Virus record (IMG/VR): IMGVR_UViG_3300005314_000013
Location: 1-5,415 of that record
Length of the DNA: 5,415 nucleotides
Source of the DNA: a virus
Strand: one strand, 5' to 3'
The position numbers and the translations under genes are program-made. Position 1 is the first letter of the stretch; the number at the start of each line of letters is the position of its first letter. A model generated the notes under the pieces. The model searched no databases. It worked only from the letters and a program-made list of their open reading frames with translations, and was not told the origin of the DNA. Positions 4,002 through 5,415 of this stretch are shown in pieces.

Positions 4002-5415
4002 AAAAGTGGTCGATGAGACCGGGGACGGAGTACATCGGCATTGGACGCGTGTGCTTGAGAGAGAAGAAGCTATCCCAGATGAAATGTGGGTAGCTGGGGA
4101 CCGCGATAACGCGGTCGATTGGCGGATCGTCCTGGATGAAGGTGGAGTTGAGGACGGGGAGAGCTGAGAAGTTTTGAGCCAGGTGCCAGACGTCGAGAGT
4201 CTGCGCGAAATTTGAACGGAATTGACCCGTGATTCGCGAGTTTTTGTAGCGGTACTCAGCGTACCGCTCTTGGTAACCGAACACACCGCCGTCGACGGCC
4301 GGGTTGCCGGATCCTTGAGCGTAAATCTCCTTGTTGAGCACGGCCTGTTCGCCCAGATGGGCGAGAGCGGGCCAGAAGAAATCCCACCGCGTGCGGCGGG
4401 AATACATGCGGTCTAGGCCTTGCTGGTAACTAAGATCTGCTCGAGCGCTGACCATGCCAATGATGATGCAATGCTCCGTGAAGGATTTGACAAAGCCATG
4501 TCCGTGAGCGCCGACAGTGCCAACAGCTGCCAAGTTTGCCTGTGGGCTTTGCGCGGTCGTAGCTGAGGTCTGTGCGACCGGATTGACATTGACCGCGGAA
4601 GATCCGCCGCCGAGGAACTCGGGGCGCTGGAGGCGAGCATCCGGCGATGTGACGCCGAAGTGGGCCTTGAGGATTTCGACATAGCGCGAGCCACCACGTG
4701 CGTCGCGCTCGTAGAGACGCTGAATTTGAAACGCCTGTCGGAGCTGGTTGATCGTGGCCGCAGTCGCGGTCGTGAGATCGGTCGTAAGCTGCGGAAAGAT
4801 GGCTCCAGAGGGGCCAAAGGAGACCTGTCCGGCAGTGATAGCACCGACGTTACCGGGAGAGGCGTTGGCGACGCCGGAGTTGTTCCAAGGGATGGTGGCT
4901 CCGTTGGTACCAGTCGTACCCCATCCAATAGCCGTATTTGTTCCGGTGCGAATAGGAGCAGACGTGCCAAGCGGAAGCGAGATCGCAGGTCCCTTTTGGG
5001 GCCATGGGAGAGCAGAAGTAAAGTAGTCGTGACGCTTCCCGCGACGAAGGAGAGTATAATCGGTAGGAGCATCGGGGCCATCGCCGGTATTGTTCACCAC
5101 TGAGTTTTGAAGGTTTTGATCTCGGAACCATTCGTTCCAGATCAGGTTGTAAGCGCGATGCCACATCGCGCTATGAGCGAGGCCCGGTATAAGCGTGGGA
5201 AGCCCGAGGTAGTCGTGAATTGACGAGTTGGTGTAACCACCGGCAGGGCTTGTCATCTGAGGCACGAGGAAGTCCGTGCTATCGCCGGGGTTGCGCTGCT
5301 CGCCGTTAAAGCGCTGCCAGTTATCCCAAATGAGACGCATGGGCACGGCGAAGAAGAAGCTCTCGATAAAGATGTTGTCCATGATCGGAGCTATCGGAGT
5401 CGCCAGTCGGCCGAA
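4000..5415 (-). CDS. VP1: Major capsid protein VP1, C-terminal 471 codons plus stop. The first 57 codons of the gene lie beyond the right edge, equivalent to 990..1160 on the circle
   Basis: The ORF-track protein 4000..5382 is open to the window edge. It contains conserved gokushovirus capsid blocks RRGKRHDYFTSALPWPQKG, INQLRQAFQIQRLYERDARGGSRYVEILKAHFGV, PDARLQRPEFLGG, GYQERYAEYRYKNSRITG and WHLAQ. The stop TAA is at 4002..4000 (...GLIDHF*). Frame continuity with 1..1160 was confirmed: 5586 and 5382 are both 0 mod 3. Confidence 0.95.
   Translation of the reverse strand, partial: FGRLATPIAPIMDNIFIESFFFAVPMRLIWDNWQRFNGEQRNPGDSTDFLVPQMTSPAGGYTNSSIHDYLGLPTLIPGLAHSAMWHRAYNLIWNEWFRDQNLQNSVVNNTGDGPDAPTDYTLLRRGKRHDYFTSALPWPQKGPAISLPLGTSAPIRTGTNTAIGWGTTGTNGATIPWNNSGVANASPGNVGAITAGQVSFGPSGAIFPQLTTDLTTATAATINQLRQAFQIQRLYERDARGGSRYVEILKAHFGVTSPDARLQRPEFLGGGSSAVNVNPVAQTSATTAQSPQANLAAVGTVGAHGHGFVKSFTEHCIIIGMVSARADLSYQQGLDRMYSRRTRWDFFWPALAHLGEQAVLNKEIYAQGSGNPAVDGGVFGYQERYAEYRYKNSRITGQFRSNFAQTLDVWHLAQNFSALPVLNSTFIQDDPPIDRVIAVPSYPHFIWDSFFSLKHTRPMPMYSVPGLIDHF
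4427..5415. repeat. Terminal redundancy, copy 2 of 2 (same sequence as 1..989)
   Basis: See copy 1. The sequences were identical wherever I compared them: both ends by eye, and the middle through three identical ORF-track translations. Confidence 0.97.

Noticed and set aside
3990-4286. 99-codon N-terminal extension of VP2 implied by the 383-aa track ORF 3135..4286
   Set aside because: The extension starts at GTG (plus-strand cac at 4284..4286) and overlaps the last 95 codons of VP1 in another frame. It encodes a Ser/Thr/Arg-rich nonsense-like sequence. ATG 3989 has a perfect AAGGAG RBS and begins the typical VP2 hydrophobic N-terminus.

Overview
The window holds one complete, circularly permuted genome of a small ssDNA phage of the family Microviridae. 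It looks Gokushovirinae-like and is shown as the reverse complement of its coding strand. The first 989 nt (1..989) recur at 4427..5415, so the unit length is 4426 nt. The duplication is best read as the overlap of a circular or rolling-circle template, not a biological repeat. All supported genes lie on the minus strand in the canonical gokushovirus order. They are VP1 major capsid (528 aa, split by the window edges), VP2 pilot/minor capsid (284 aa) and VP3 internal scaffold (157 aa). Next come a 38-aa arginine/lysine-rich ORF8/J-like DNA-binding peptide that is absent from the ORF track, VP4 HUH replication initiator (306 aa) and a VP5-like protein (109 aa). The genes are tightly packed: there are two ATGA stop/start overlaps, and the VP2 Shine-Dalgarno overlaps the VP1 stop. 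Only two short intergenic regions exist. One carries a strand-specific intrinsic terminator (hairpin plus T7) just upstream of VP1. The other carries two abutting hairpins between VP3 and ORF8, a candidate origin or regulatory element. No integrase, tRNA, CRISPR, host flank or recognisable lysis gene is visible. The most speculative lead is a 222-codon ATG-initiated ORF in the +1 frame inside VP1. It has an N-terminal transmembrane-like segment, which recalls how phiX174 lysis gene E sits inside gene D, but it could also be a compositional artefact. Every family assignment rests on motifs I recognise by eye. No database search or structure prediction was possible.
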